From Lama glama (taxonomy: Eukaryota): DNA of 64,000 bases. The notes below the pieces were generated by a model. That model was not told the origin of the DNA. It worked only from the letters and a program-made list of their open reading frames with translations, and made no database searches. Shown one piece after another: positions 23,505-35,209 of this stretch (the stretch's first letter is position 1; the number at the start of each line of letters is the position of its first letter). Location of the stretch: contig CM052816.1 in NCBI GenBank assembly GCA_028534125.1, positions 51,462,001-51,526,000 on the forward strand, in the 5' to 3' direction. Made by a program: the position numbers and the translations under genes.

Positions 23505-26500
23505 GTAAGTGTCTCCGCTTCTCACCCACCTCCGCCTTCACACGCGCGCACACACACGCACGCACCCGCACACTCTCTCGGAGACACCCAGACACACAGA
23601 CACTCCGCCCGGGGAGAGCCAGGGGTGGGCTGGCAGGAGGAGGGGTCCGCGAGGTGGGGGCATGCGGTGCTGGGAGCGGCTGTTTCCCAGTAGGTGCTTG
23701 CATGGGGCGGGCAGCCGTGGGGGGCTGCCGGCGTGGGGGAGTGAGTGTATCGGGGGGCGGCGGCGGTGCTGGTGGCGAGGATGGAAACTTGTTTGGGTGA
23801 TTGAGGGAAATAACCCGCGGGTTCATCTCACAAAGTAACTTTAGAGCTGGGGTCTGGGGCTGCGGGGACCGGAGAGCCGCCGGGGGTCGCGGGGGACCAA
23901 AGCGGGCAGCTGTGTGGAGGAGGGTAGGCAGAGGGAATGTGGGTGTTTGGCGGGGCGGGATGGGGTCTGGGCGGGCGGCCGGGGCTCGGGGCCGGGTGCG
24001 CCGAGGCGAGGGCGGCGGTGCCGGGCGCGCGGCGGGCGGAAGCCGGGCGCGGAGCGGCAGAGCGGGGCCCCGCGGGGCGCGGAGACGCGCGCGGGGCGCG
24101 GAGGGCGTGGGCCGGGTGGGCGTCCGGGCTTTTCCCGGCCGGCGGAGGGACGCGGCGTTTGCAGCCTCCGGCACCTCGCGAAGCAGCGGCTGGGGGCGCA
24201 GGGGCGCCGCTGAAGTTTGGGAGTCTGAGAAGGACCGAGTTCCCGGGGAGGAAAAGTATGCTGGCGAGGAGCGGGATCTGCTAGGGCAGGCTGGCTTTTC
24301 TGCCGCTTGCGGGCGACCCATCTCCACGGTGGCTGGATAACTTTTTTTGGAGGCTTGCAGCCTCCGAAACGTCGCGGGGCCGCGGCGGGCGGGGCAGGGC
24401 GGGGGTCTCGGGGCTCGCGGAGGGGTAGACGTGGGAGCCGCGGCGGCCGACAGCAGGAGGGCTGTCTGCAGAGGGGAGGGGGCAGTGGTCCGAACGGGTA
24501 CTTAGGGAAGAGGAGAAGTGTGGAGGTGGGGAGCAGTTGTTTGGTCGGGGTGGGGAGGAGATACAGGTGTTAACTTCGGTGGAAGCCCAGAGGAGGCTGG
24601 CGAGAAAAGAGCCCCTCCCGGCCCGGGATGCCACCGTCACGGCACGCTGCGACGCAGGGCTGTTTGCTGCTATTCTTATGTACTTGTAAGGGTGATTTGG
24701 TTGTTACTAAAAATGAGAGCGAATAGTGACTGTGACCACTGAGGAAGAACCCCCTTTTTCTGTGCTGCGGATCTAACAGTGATCCCCAGCAACCGCCTCC
24801 ACTCTCAGGGTGAGGCGTATCCCTGTCACTGGACGCGCTGTCTTTCCGAGGGGTTCAGATTGGGGAAAAGTCTGAGAGCATCTCTCAAAAGCTACTTTGG
24901 TTACCTTGCGCTCGGAAATAGCTGCGTAAATAAAAACCGAATGTGCACACTACCGAGTTTCTCTCCTTGCTTTAGGCGGTTAGTAGTCTTCTCCTGAAAC
25001 TTTCTTGTGCCCTAGGGATGGAACATTTCCTAATCTTCGTATTGGCAGCAACGCACACAATTCCCATAGGGTTTAGGGGTGGCAGGCCTTGATGTAGCAA
25101 AACAAAACAAAACAAGAAAATTAACGGAGATTTTTTTTTTCTCCGAAGGTATTTTCTGAGGAGCTATATGCAGGATCTTGTTGCTGTGACAAGGAATATA
25201 TAAAAGACTTAGCATGATAGCCCGGTTAAGAAACAGCAGTTACTGGAATTGGAGTTTTGAAATTGCCTAATTTTGTGCATTAATCATTTGGTTGTAATAT
25301 ATGTGAGAAAATGAAAACATTTAGGGGAGATGTTTTAATGATTACAGGGTATTTGGATTTCATATTTTTGAGGAGTGGAGGAATTGAAATGTATATTGAG
25401 ACGTAATCTTACTTATTTTGGGGGTGGCTGACTTTGAGAATCAAAGTAATTATGGATTTTACTTGGACTTACAGGAATGGCTGAATTTATATTCTGATAA
25501 CTAATTTTTTTTTTTTTTTAGTATCTGATACAATAATGAGGAAGTTGAAGCTGGTGTGTCTGTAGTCCTTCTTAGCTTTAATTCTATGATTCTGTCATGA
25601 AAACAAATAATTGCCACTTTTGCTGTCAGATCTACCAAACTGAATACAGCTACTCTTATGAGCAAAGTAGTGAGGATTCTGCTAGATGGTGCTATTTGAT
25701 TTAAATATATTTCTTCCATTCATTATAACTGGCAGCAGGAATCCTGGACTGGCTTGCCTTATGAACTAAATATAGGTGAAGAGGCGACAATGGCTGTTCT
25801 GGCTAATTGTTGTTGCATTAATTTCTAGGTGAATGTTGTTTGAATCTAAGACAAACACTGAGGTAGATTCTATTTTATGGAATAAACTTAGTTTCATTTT
25901 AGTGGGAGAGTTGATCTGATTGCTCATTTTTTCCCTTTATGCATACTTGGGATTTAAATGTTACCGTTCTACAACAGTCTACTAACTTCTGAAGATAGAA
26001 ATGTTGAAGTTGTCTTTAACATGGATGTCACCAGATTTAAAAAAAGATTTTTTTTTAAGGTTGCAGATTTTAAAAGGTACCTGAGTGAAGAAGAATGCTC
26101 TTTTAGTAAGAAAATTAGATTTGTACTGGCCTTAAGTCACAGAAATAATGTTTCTCAGTAGTAAATATATAAATATTTAACTTTAATAAAAAGATTCTGA
26201 AAAATGAATCATTAAAAATAATGGCATGCACATAAAATAAAAATATTAGTTTTATAATCTATCAAGAAATATGTTTTCTAATGAGTTCATAGTGTATAGC
26301 AGACAGGCCCTTACCTATATCTTTGCTTTCCTTTTCATAAAGAAGTCACTATATGGAATACTTGAAATTAACTTGTAGCTTTTACAGTTTCTCTATTTTT
26401 CACTCTACAGTTCTGAACATAAAAATGGCTGGAGTTAAGTTAATTACTGATTTTGTTGTTTTAAAAGACAGATCAAGTCTATACAAAGATTTGGATTAGG

Positions 26501-26644
26501 TTTAATTATAGAGTGATTGAAAACCCTTGGAGGGAGGAGGGATGTTTGTGTAGAAATTTAAATGCTGATCCTGTTAGGTCATTTCCCCCTTTAGCAGACT
26601 TTCTTTATAACACTGATCCCAGTTGCAATTAAGTAACTATAGAA

Positions 26645-26792
26645 TTGTTTGTTTAATGTTTAGTTTTCTCTAAAATGTAAGTTTCTTGAGGACAAGGGAT
26701 AATACTTTCAATTTCTTCTCCAAGGTATCCCTTGACATTAAGAATAGTGCCTTCAGATGTCAAAAGCACCAAATAAATACTGTTGAATAAAT
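26645..26792 (+). mobile_element. L2 LINE 3' end
   Basis: aatgtaagtttcttgaggacaaggga...agaatagtgcct...aataaatactgttgaataaat. Confidence 0.7.
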
Positions 26793-26914
26793 GTAGATGT
26801 TAGACTCAAGGACATTTTTTCAATGTGAAAATATTTTTTTTCTATGACTTCCCAAAGTAAGGACTTTGAAAGTTTGAGTTCCATATTCTCTAGCCAGGTG
26901 TATTTCAAAAATAG

Positions 26915-27140
26915 CTAATAACAACATAACAATAAGCCAGTAAGCCTTATTTGTCATTCTGTGTACCAGTCACTGTGTTCAGTGCTTCATGTATATTTTC
27001 TCTGATTCTCCCAACAATTCTGCAAGACAGTGATTTTTTTCCTCCATTAAAGGAAAAAGAAAACTCTAACTAGTTAAGTAACTTGCCCAGGGATATACTG
27101 CCAACTGGATTTCTAACAAAGATTTCTCTACTTAAAACCT
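26915..27140 (-). mobile_element. MIR SINE
   Basis: tgtgtaccagtcactgtgttcagtgctt...gttaagtaacttgcccagg. Confidence 0.65.
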
Positions 27141-30100
27141 GTAGTTGAAGCTGAAAGATACATTTTTCTGTATCCTAGATTGCCTTCCTGATTTTGGGTA
27201 GAATGCTACAGATTTAGGGAACAGTATAACATAATCAGACTTATTAAAGATTTGCTCAGATATGCAGTCTTAACTATTGTTGCACCCTGTGCTCATACCC
27301 TCCATTTTGATAGGCTGCAGATACGTGTGTGGGGAAGACATAGAAACTTTAGGAGTGGAAAGTTGGAAGTCTCAAATAATGAAGAATCCTTGTTTCTTGA
27401 GATTTTTTATTCCAGAAATTTTGTTTGATCACTTAAGTTATAAAATTAGTGTAGTTGTGAACAATTTCTATATGAAATGTTGCCGAACTTGAAGCTACTC
27501 TGTATGCCACAGTGCCACAGAAAGAATAACTGGCACCTGCAAATCAATGAGTCGTGTTGCTACCTTTTGATTAAATTAATTTCATCTTCAAAATTACATA
27601 ATAGCACAGAAAGGTGAATCTGCTGTAAAGCAACACTGAACATAAGATATGCATAGTAAACTGTGACATTAAGTAAACTCAGAAACCACAGATACCTAAC
27701 TGTGCATCTAACCTGGGGTTCTGAAAAGTAACTTTGGTTTTTAATTTTTAAAAACACCATGTATTTGTTTTTAAGTGGTTAAAATCTAACAATCGTTTAA
27801 GTACTCCATGTAAAAGAGTTTGTAGGGATTGGTATCTACTAGCATCACCTTATTTCCCGCTTTTTAAAAAAATTACTATCACACCCCTCAAAAATGATAG
27901 TTTCCTTCTTCCTTCCTTTCTGAAGGAAATAAAGGTAGGACAAGTGAAGTAATACAACTCTCTTCAGAAACTGATTGACAAGCAGTTAATGCAGTGAACA
28001 CAATTCAAGATTTCTGAAACTAATGAAGGAATACCTTTATGGGAATGAAATTTTCTATAAGGTATTAAATTGACTCTCCTCAATTCCCAGGATGTTTCCT
28101 CCAAAATACTTGTATCTAAAAGTCATCTTAGCTGTGAGAGTTTTTCTTTTGATTGATCCCTTTTTTATTATTTTAGGAGAAGTATCCAAAAACTGATTTT
28201 TTTTTTTGGAAGGAACAAACATAAAGAAAAAATACGTAAGACATTGAGAGTTAAATTTTAGTATTGTTTATCTAGAGATTTATTTTGACTCTTAGAAATA
28301 GTATTAATATTGAAATGTATCTTTCAGGGCTGTGAAGGAAAAACAATGAAAGCTTTATTCCCATGATTTAGGGCTAATTTACCATATAAAACCAATTCAG
28401 GATGAAGAACATTAAATTTAAGTTGCTTTGCAGTAGTGGACTAAATGTGTCTTACATCTTCAATTACTACTTGAAAGTAGAATTACTTTGTTCTAAAATT
28501 GAAACATACACTGTGGGCAAAGGTTGCAATATTTGGGTTGTCGTTTATTACTACTTCACACCAATAGTCTAGAGTTAAAAGTAAATTTGGGGGAAAAAAT
28601 TTTGAATTTAGAATCTTCCTTCTTCCATAGAGATCACAACTATTAATGTTAATGTTGGGACATAGGATTGAGGATTAAAGTGCTGGATTTAAAAGACATG
28701 GAATGTATAATTGAAAATATGTATTGAAGATAATTATGATTTTATTTTGGAATTCTTGGAAATATACTGTTGTGTGTACATTGTTGCTTTGACATTGGTA
28801 TGGAAATGATACAAAATATTTGCATACTAGTGACATTGGTTAGTAACGTGAGTCTCTGTAACATGCTAAAATACTCATTTTATTAATAACTTGTTTCTCA
28901 AAGGAAGGCCTTAAAATAGCATTGGAGCAATAGAATAAGATGTATTTGTTAAAATCTGAAAATAGTTTGGAATAAAAAATAAGTGGTTATATTTAGATTT
29001 TAAACTTTGCTTATCAGATTTTATATATTTTTTTATTTGCAACATCTCTTAATATAAGTTTTTGTTAACATATGTGTATAACTTAACATGACTAGGGCTG
29101 TAAGAGTTATTTGACTGCTATACCAAAACCCCATGTATACTATAAAGAGTGATATGAAGGGTGGTCCACCAAGATTTATATCCTACTTACTTCAGTAGTG
29201 TAAGAGAAATAGTAGAGGCTGTTTGTCCCTGAGCTATATATCTTATTCACTTTGTGAGGATGTTGAAAAACAGGCAGAAAAATGGTCCACCCAAGGAAGA
29301 ATGGAGTTTTTCCAGGTACCTCTTAGGAGCCCTACGGGTTGCTCAAATTTATGGTTGGTCATAATGGGTAACTGGTAACTTTTGTCAGAGTAGGTTAATA
29401 ATTAAAGATTTTTGGAAAGAGGACCTAATAATATTTTTGTAATACTGACAGAACCAAAACTTTATCTGGGCTCAGAAGAGCCTGGGCATTTACACTGCAG
29501 TGAAGGAATTAATATTTGTTCTTTATTCATCTTTAAAAGAGATACTTCAGTTGGTGTCACTTCTTTAATAATGACAAAACTACCCTCATATTTCACTTTA
29601 AGAATTTTGATGATTCTATTTCATGTAGGACTCCAAACAGCTTTCCAACAGTAATGAGCCATCATAGCATTTTAAATCACAGTTCAGCTGAAGTGAGCTT
29701 GAACCAGTGACCTGGCAATCTCTTATTTTTGATCTTCTGTATTAATTTTGCTTCATGGCATATCAAATAAGTAGTGGAGCACAGAAAAAAATTGTAGAAA
29801 CTGAAGTGCAACACTTTATTTTATTTTCTTTTTAAAAGAATTTTTGTAATTCTTTTAAAGAAGAAATAATAGTTTTAATTAGTAATATTTTAATTTTTAA
29901 TTAGTATAACCCAAGCCATATTAAGATACTGATAAAATATTTGGGAGGGTAAAAATAGTAGATGAAAATTTATATGTGACTCTGTCCATGTAAGTTAAGG
30001 GAGGAGATGATGCCAAAAACAGGCTCTTGCCTGAAATTAATATGATTATTTAGTGATCTGATATTTGCCTTGGTTCTTATTTTATTTACATACCTGAGGG

Positions 30101-30264
30101 AAAAAACAAAAGCTACTTTAGTGATGGGAGAGAACTAGGTAAATGAATTATTCTATTAAAAATAACTTTATTTAAACGGGATTAAAATGTTTTCTGTAAA
30201 ATGACAAAGTCTGAAATACCACATAAAGAGCTTGTGGAGTTTGTCATAGAAAGTATAATGTTTA

Positions 30265-30455
30265 ATAGTAACAATGACAGCAATGCTGTCATTTGAGTAT
30301 TTTGTTTCTGTTTGGCATTTTACTGGCATTGTCTCATTTAATCCTCTCAAGAATCTGCTAGACTGTAGGTACTATTTTCTGTTAATGTTACAGAAGAAAC
30401 AGAGGCTTAAGACTTTATCATGCTTTTGGCTGCAAGTATCAAAACAGGAGATAGA
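30265..30455 (-). mobile_element. MIR SINE
   Basis: tgtctcatttaatcctctcaagaatc...gtaggtactatt...ttacagaagaaacagaggcttaaga. Confidence 0.7.
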
Positions 30456-30458
30456 AAA

Positions 30459-30865
30459 TGGCTTAATTGATCAGGGTTTAAAAATAAATCTCACATAACA
30501 GGATGTCTGGGAGAGGGAGTTTCAGAGTTGATTCAGGGAATCAAGAACATCAAGAGATCACCTTCTCTGATACATCCTCATGGTTTCCCTGTCAGGAATG
30601 CAGCATCCCTGCATCAGGTTCGCAGTGCCACTTCCTCATACAACCAAGTGTGAAGGCAGGAAGAAGGGCAAGGTTTTTCCTTCCCGTCTCATTAATCAGG
30701 GGGAAAACCTTTTCTTGAAGCTTAGCAGATATCTTCTTATGCCTTATTGAAGAGAACTGTAAAATTCCCTCCCCTAAACCAGTTACTGGCAGGGGTAATG
30801 GGATTACCATAATTGGCTTAAATCAGTCATCCCCTGGGCTGGAAACATTCTCCCTTGTACCTGAA
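30459..30865 (-). mobile_element. Old MaLR LTR (MLT1K-like)
   Basis: tggcttaa...tctcacataacagga...cccctaaaccagttactggcaggggtaatgggattaccataattggcttaaatcagtcatcccctgggctgg. Confidence 0.65.
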
Positions 30866-30904
30866 CTACCTAAAGAAGACAGGGGTCTTTGGCAAGAAAG
30901 ATGT

Positions 30905-31270
30905 ATCTTGAGGATATGGAGAAAATAAAATAGGTCCCTGCCTCCGTGGAACTAACGTCCTTCCTCCCTTCCTCCCTCCCTTCCTTCCTTCCTTCCTTTG
31001 GTTTTTTTTTTTTAATTGAAGTATAGTTGATTTACAATGTTGGAACTTCCTTTCAAATTGGAAGGAGAAACCTATAATAAACAAGTAAATGTAGTAGGCA
31101 ATTTCAGATAGTCATAAGTACTAAAAAAGTAATAGAGTAGGGTGATGTAATATGGGGAATGACTGGGAGGCTACATTAGATTGGGTAGTTAGGGGAGACA
31201 TTTGAGCAGAAACCAGAGTAATACTGAAAGAATCAGTCATGAGAAGATTTAGGGTTAGAGTATTTTAGAC
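30905..31270 (-). mobile_element. L2 fragment interrupted by a (CCTT)n tract and a short L1 3' end (~30960-31041)
   Basis: ggtccctgcctccgtggaact...aataaacaagtaaat...tttcagatagtcataagtacta...gacatttgagcaga; the insert is cttccttcc...ttttaattgaagtatagttgatttacaatgtt. Confidence 0.65.
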
Positions 31271-31659
31271 AGATTTAAACTACCATTGTGGTAACCTCTC
31301 AGCCTCAGCATAATTGCTCAAGAATGTGTAAAATATGCGTCAAAATTGGGATGAGAAGCTATGCTTCTTGGAGCCTGGTTTTGGTTTTTATTGAGGAGTT
31401 GCGTGGTGGGTCTAGTGTATCTGGGTTTTCCTAAATAATAAGATTGCCTGCATCTTATCTTCCAAACCCCAGGGATATGGTTGTTCCTAATGAGGACAGT
31501 GGAATGGCTCTCAGTAATGTTGATGCTGGAAATAGCTAAGATTTATTGAACACTTAGAGCCTTTGGGGTTGACAAAGGATGGTACAACTGACCTAATTAT
31601 TTCTCATAAAATTCCCAGATTGGATTGGACCCCTTTACCCTATGCGTCATAACAACCTC

Positions 31660-31845
31660 TACTTTTCCTTTTTCACATCTGTCACAAATTTATGAACTAT
31701 TTGTGTGATTTTTCTTTAATGTCTCATCTCCCAGTTAGATTGGAAGTTCCCTGAATAACCATGGTGTTGTATTCACCAGTGTATTCCCACTGCTTAGCAC
31801 AGTGCTTAGAATTCTGATTATTTATTTGTGGAATAAGTGAATGAA
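31660..31845 (+). mobile_element. L2 LINE 3' end
   Basis: tagattggaagttccctga...tattcaccagtgtattcccactgcttagcacagtgct...tatttgtggaataagtgaatgaa. Confidence 0.75.
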
Positions 31846-32321
31846 AGACTTGTTATAAATATATCATAACAGGACATCACTACATCTAGCTTATTTTCTC
31901 CCCAGCATTTCTAATGTTTCATATCAGGGTTAATATGTAATTTCTAAAGAAGAGTTTTCTATCATATAGGTGTTTAGTAGTCTGTGTGTGGCTATCAGGA
32001 CTACAGGAGACTACCTAGTTCTATTTCTATGAAATATGTGTATAATTTTAATATGAATTTTTGATAGAATAACCTTAATTTGTGTTTTGGCAAATTTAAT
32101 AACAAATGGAATTATATACTACAGTTTCAAGGTATTTCAATGTGCTTTATTTAAATTTCTCAATAATTCTGTAAGGTAGGTGATAATTCTCATTGACTAT
32201 AGAGATTTATACATGGAAATTGACTTACCCAGCCAGGGTAATACAGATAACATGGAGCAGAGCTTAGTCATATTTTTTTAGTTCTGAGGTCACTATTTCT
32301 TTCATTATACTACAGCTGCCT

Positions 32322-32437
32322 CTTTTATTTATTGTTTTTAATTTAAATTTTTAAAAAAATGGAGGTCCTGGGCATTGAACCTAGGATGTCGTGCATGCTT
32401 AACATGTGCTCTACCACTGAGCTATAGCCAACCCCCC
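32322..32437 (-). mobile_element. tRNA-derived SINE, camelid Vic-1-like
   Basis: Minus strand ggggggttggctaTAGCTCAGTGGtagagcacatgttaagcatgcacgacatcctaGGTTCAATGCCcaggacctcca plus an A-rich tail; same family as 8773-8905. Confidence 0.8.
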
Positions 32438-32864
32438 TACTTAAAATGAGAGATTCATATATGTTTTAAGAAGGCTTAGGTATGGATTTGATTCAACAGA
32501 GATCATGGATTAGATGATAGTTAAAAGTTTATGTCAGTACTTTAAATGAAAAATATCATTATAGTGTGTTATACACAATCCTGTATGTACTTAACTCTGA
32601 AAATGCTACATCATAAGTAAAATCTGATTTTTGTTTGAACTCAATGTACTTTTATTACATAAATTTGTTGGTTGGGACTTGGAGTAGTTTGGATTTCTAA
32701 TCTGCAAGATTTAGGCTAATTTTGGTTGATGAACTCTTCTCTATTCCTTTGCCAGTCAATTTGGAGAGTTGGGATAGTGATTCTTTCCTTTTATGCCTCT
32801 CTCCAATAAGGGGGAGAAAGTCTTTTGATACGGGTTATTGATAGAACATTCTTTTCTTGTTTTT

Positions 32865-33160
32865 GTTTTTATGGCGGTAAATTATATATAACATAAAATT
32901 TACCATTTTAACCATTTTTAATTGTACATTTCAGTGGCATTAAGTACATTCACATGATTGTACAGCCTTCACCACGATTTGCTCTGGAGCTTTTTCATCT
33001 TCCCAAACTGAAACACTATATCCATTAAATAATAACTCCCCATTTCCCTTCCCCCTCCCCCCAAGCCCTGGCAACTGCCATTCTGTTTTCTGTCACAATG
33101 AATTTGGCTATTCTTGATACCTTGTATAAGTGTAATTATACAATATATATATTTTTTTCT
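32865..33160 (-). mobile_element. L1 (L1MB-like) 3' end
   Basis: aacataaaatttaccattttaaccattttt...cagtggcattaagtacattcaca...tcatcttcccaaactgaaac...agccctggcaactgccattct. Confidence 0.85.
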
Positions 33161-33330
33161 TGCTTAATCCCTCTAGCAACTTCATAAAGGGATATAAGCC
33201 ACATTTTACATAGCGGGGAACTGAGTCTCTGGTGTAATACACCTTGTCCAAGGCCACATAGTAAATTGCATAGCCCATATTCAAACCCAAGTTTGTGACT
33301 CCACTTCCCATTTTAAACATTTTGCCTCAG
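33160..33330 (-). mobile_element. MIR SINE
   Basis: cattttacatagcggggaactgagtctc...cttgtccaaggccacatagt...attcaaacccaagtttgtgactcc. Confidence 0.7.
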
Positions 33331-34523
33331 TGTGTTTCACTGCTTAATGTGGGAAAAAAATAGTGGAAGTTGCCAGGGTGGTGAGTGGGTGGGGACTGCT
33401 TGCTGCTTGGGTAATTCTCTTCACATGTGTCTACCATTTTTAGTTGGGTTGAGATGCACTAGAGAAGAGAGAGTTTAAGGAAAAAGGTGAGGGAAAACAT
33501 TTTACAGCTGGTGAAAAGGTGGGAGAACTATGGCTACCCAAAACGCCCCACCAATAGCTATAAGTTCTTTAGCTGGTATCTGAGATGTAACAATTTTAGT
33601 GTAATGCTTGTCGGAGAGGAAGATGCCAGTTAAGAGCTCAGGTTGTAATTTCGGGTCGAGCTGTTTCTCCATTCTTTCTGTATCTAGAGGCAAAGTAATC
33701 TGGTGTAAGTTACTTTATTTGGTAAATTTTAGAAGCAGAAATAAATAGAAGAAGAATATGTAACATGTAGGAAAAAAACCTTTCTCTAATTACGAGTCTC
33801 CTCTACTTGTCTCTCCCAGCTAGCATATGGCCTGTTGGTTTTTTTGTTTGGTTTTGGACTAGTGCATCTGGAAAGTTCCATGTGGTCCAAAAGGAGTAGT
33901 ACAACCATACTGAATCTATTACATAGTCATTTCTGTAGTACTATTAGAAAAAATAGAAACAATTCCTTTGTTTCATTTCTTCACAGCATCATGTACTATT
34001 TGTCATTTATAATTGGATTAACATTATATGATGATTACACTTTATCAGTGCATTTAGGCAATAGCTATTATCAGGAAGCTATTAAAGGTGTCTCAATAAG
34101 CATTTTTTTTAACCCCGAATTAAACTGAGGGAATGATATTGTTACTCTTTCATTTAGAAATATTGTAATGAAAAAAACTTGAGTGAGATTTCTTACTATA
34201 AGATACATTATATTTACATAAAATACACACATTTGCACACATAAACATGTGTATGTATATACTGGGAATAGTTTTCAGGTAGGAGTTCATCTTGTGAAAT
34301 GACTTATTAATTCATTTTTAATTCAAATTGGTACTGGGTCAATTTTGCAAATGAATTGGGCTTATAAATTTAGAGCCAGGAAGATTAGTGTATAGGCAAG
34401 TTTTACTAAAACATTAGAGACTGTTGATGGTTTTCTGTGAGATGGGGATATCATTAACAAGAGAACCCATAATATAGCTGTCATTGGCAAAAATGCTGCT
34501 AGTTGGTGAAATGTTTCTGTGTT

Positions 34524-34987
34524 TGTATTAGTCAGATCTGCAGCAGGATGGCTCCCTTAAAAGGATAACTGAAGAAAGTTTAATGAAAGTGTATGCAGGA
34601 TCAAAACCAACTAGGGATGGAGGAACACCCAGGAATTAGGAACAAGGGAAGCTTTACCCTTCTTAGGTCTGAAGGGGAAAAGGGAGAGAGCAGTTACCAG
34701 AATCTGGCAAACACTGTGGTCATTGCAGAAAGGCTGCCCTCCTGGAGCTGTGGTTTTATGGTGAGGACCACAGCTACGGTCAGACCTACTGTAAACAGAA
34801 GCTGGAGGCCTTGCAGGGAGGGGATCTTCTTCCTTCTCCTGCCCTCTGATCAGTTGAGGTCTCCTTTCTGTAGAGCCCAACTGAGAAGTCACAGGGCAAG
34901 GTTGCTGAGATGACATTCTCTGTAGAGATCAGCCTCCCAGGTCACAGCAGGGCAGAAAGGCAGGGCCAATGGAGAGTACACAGGACA
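34524..34987 (-). mobile_element. ERVL LTR (LTR41/LTR33-like)
   Basis: tgtattagtcag...aactgaagaaagtttaatgaa...taggtctgaaggggaaaagggagagagcagttaccagaatc...tcagcctcccagg. Confidence 0.6.
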
Positions 34988-35209
34988 ATGTCCAAGTTTC
35001 CATTCTTTTTACATTTGAAACAAGTCTTTATTCAGTTCTTCGTATTGAATGGTCTGAGAAAATAGAGCTCTTTAAAAAAAGTTGGATTTCGTCAAAACAC
35101 TGCTTAAAATTAGTTTTTAAGACCTGTTTAACTATTTTATGATAAGACAATTGTATGCATATTATGAGGTGGAGATAATACTCCTTCCATTTTCTGCTGT
35201 CTCCTATTC

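Larger units (their letters stand above)
22440..24860. promoter_or_regulatory. SSBP2: CpG island / SSBP2 promoter
   Basis: Abrupt switch to very high GC with dense CpG against CpG-depleted AT-rich flanks; spans exon 1. Confidence 0.93.

Noticed and set aside
22462..24742. Many long overlapping ORFs, including 498 aa at 22831-24327(-)
   Set aside because: Pro/Arg/Gly/Ala-rich low-complexity translations are expected from stop-poor GC-rich CpG-island DNA; no recognisable domain.
32358..32437. tRNA-like sequence with A/B boxes (also 8830-8905)
   Set aside because: Degenerate stems, an A-rich tail and two diverged copies indicate a SINE, not a functional tRNA gene.
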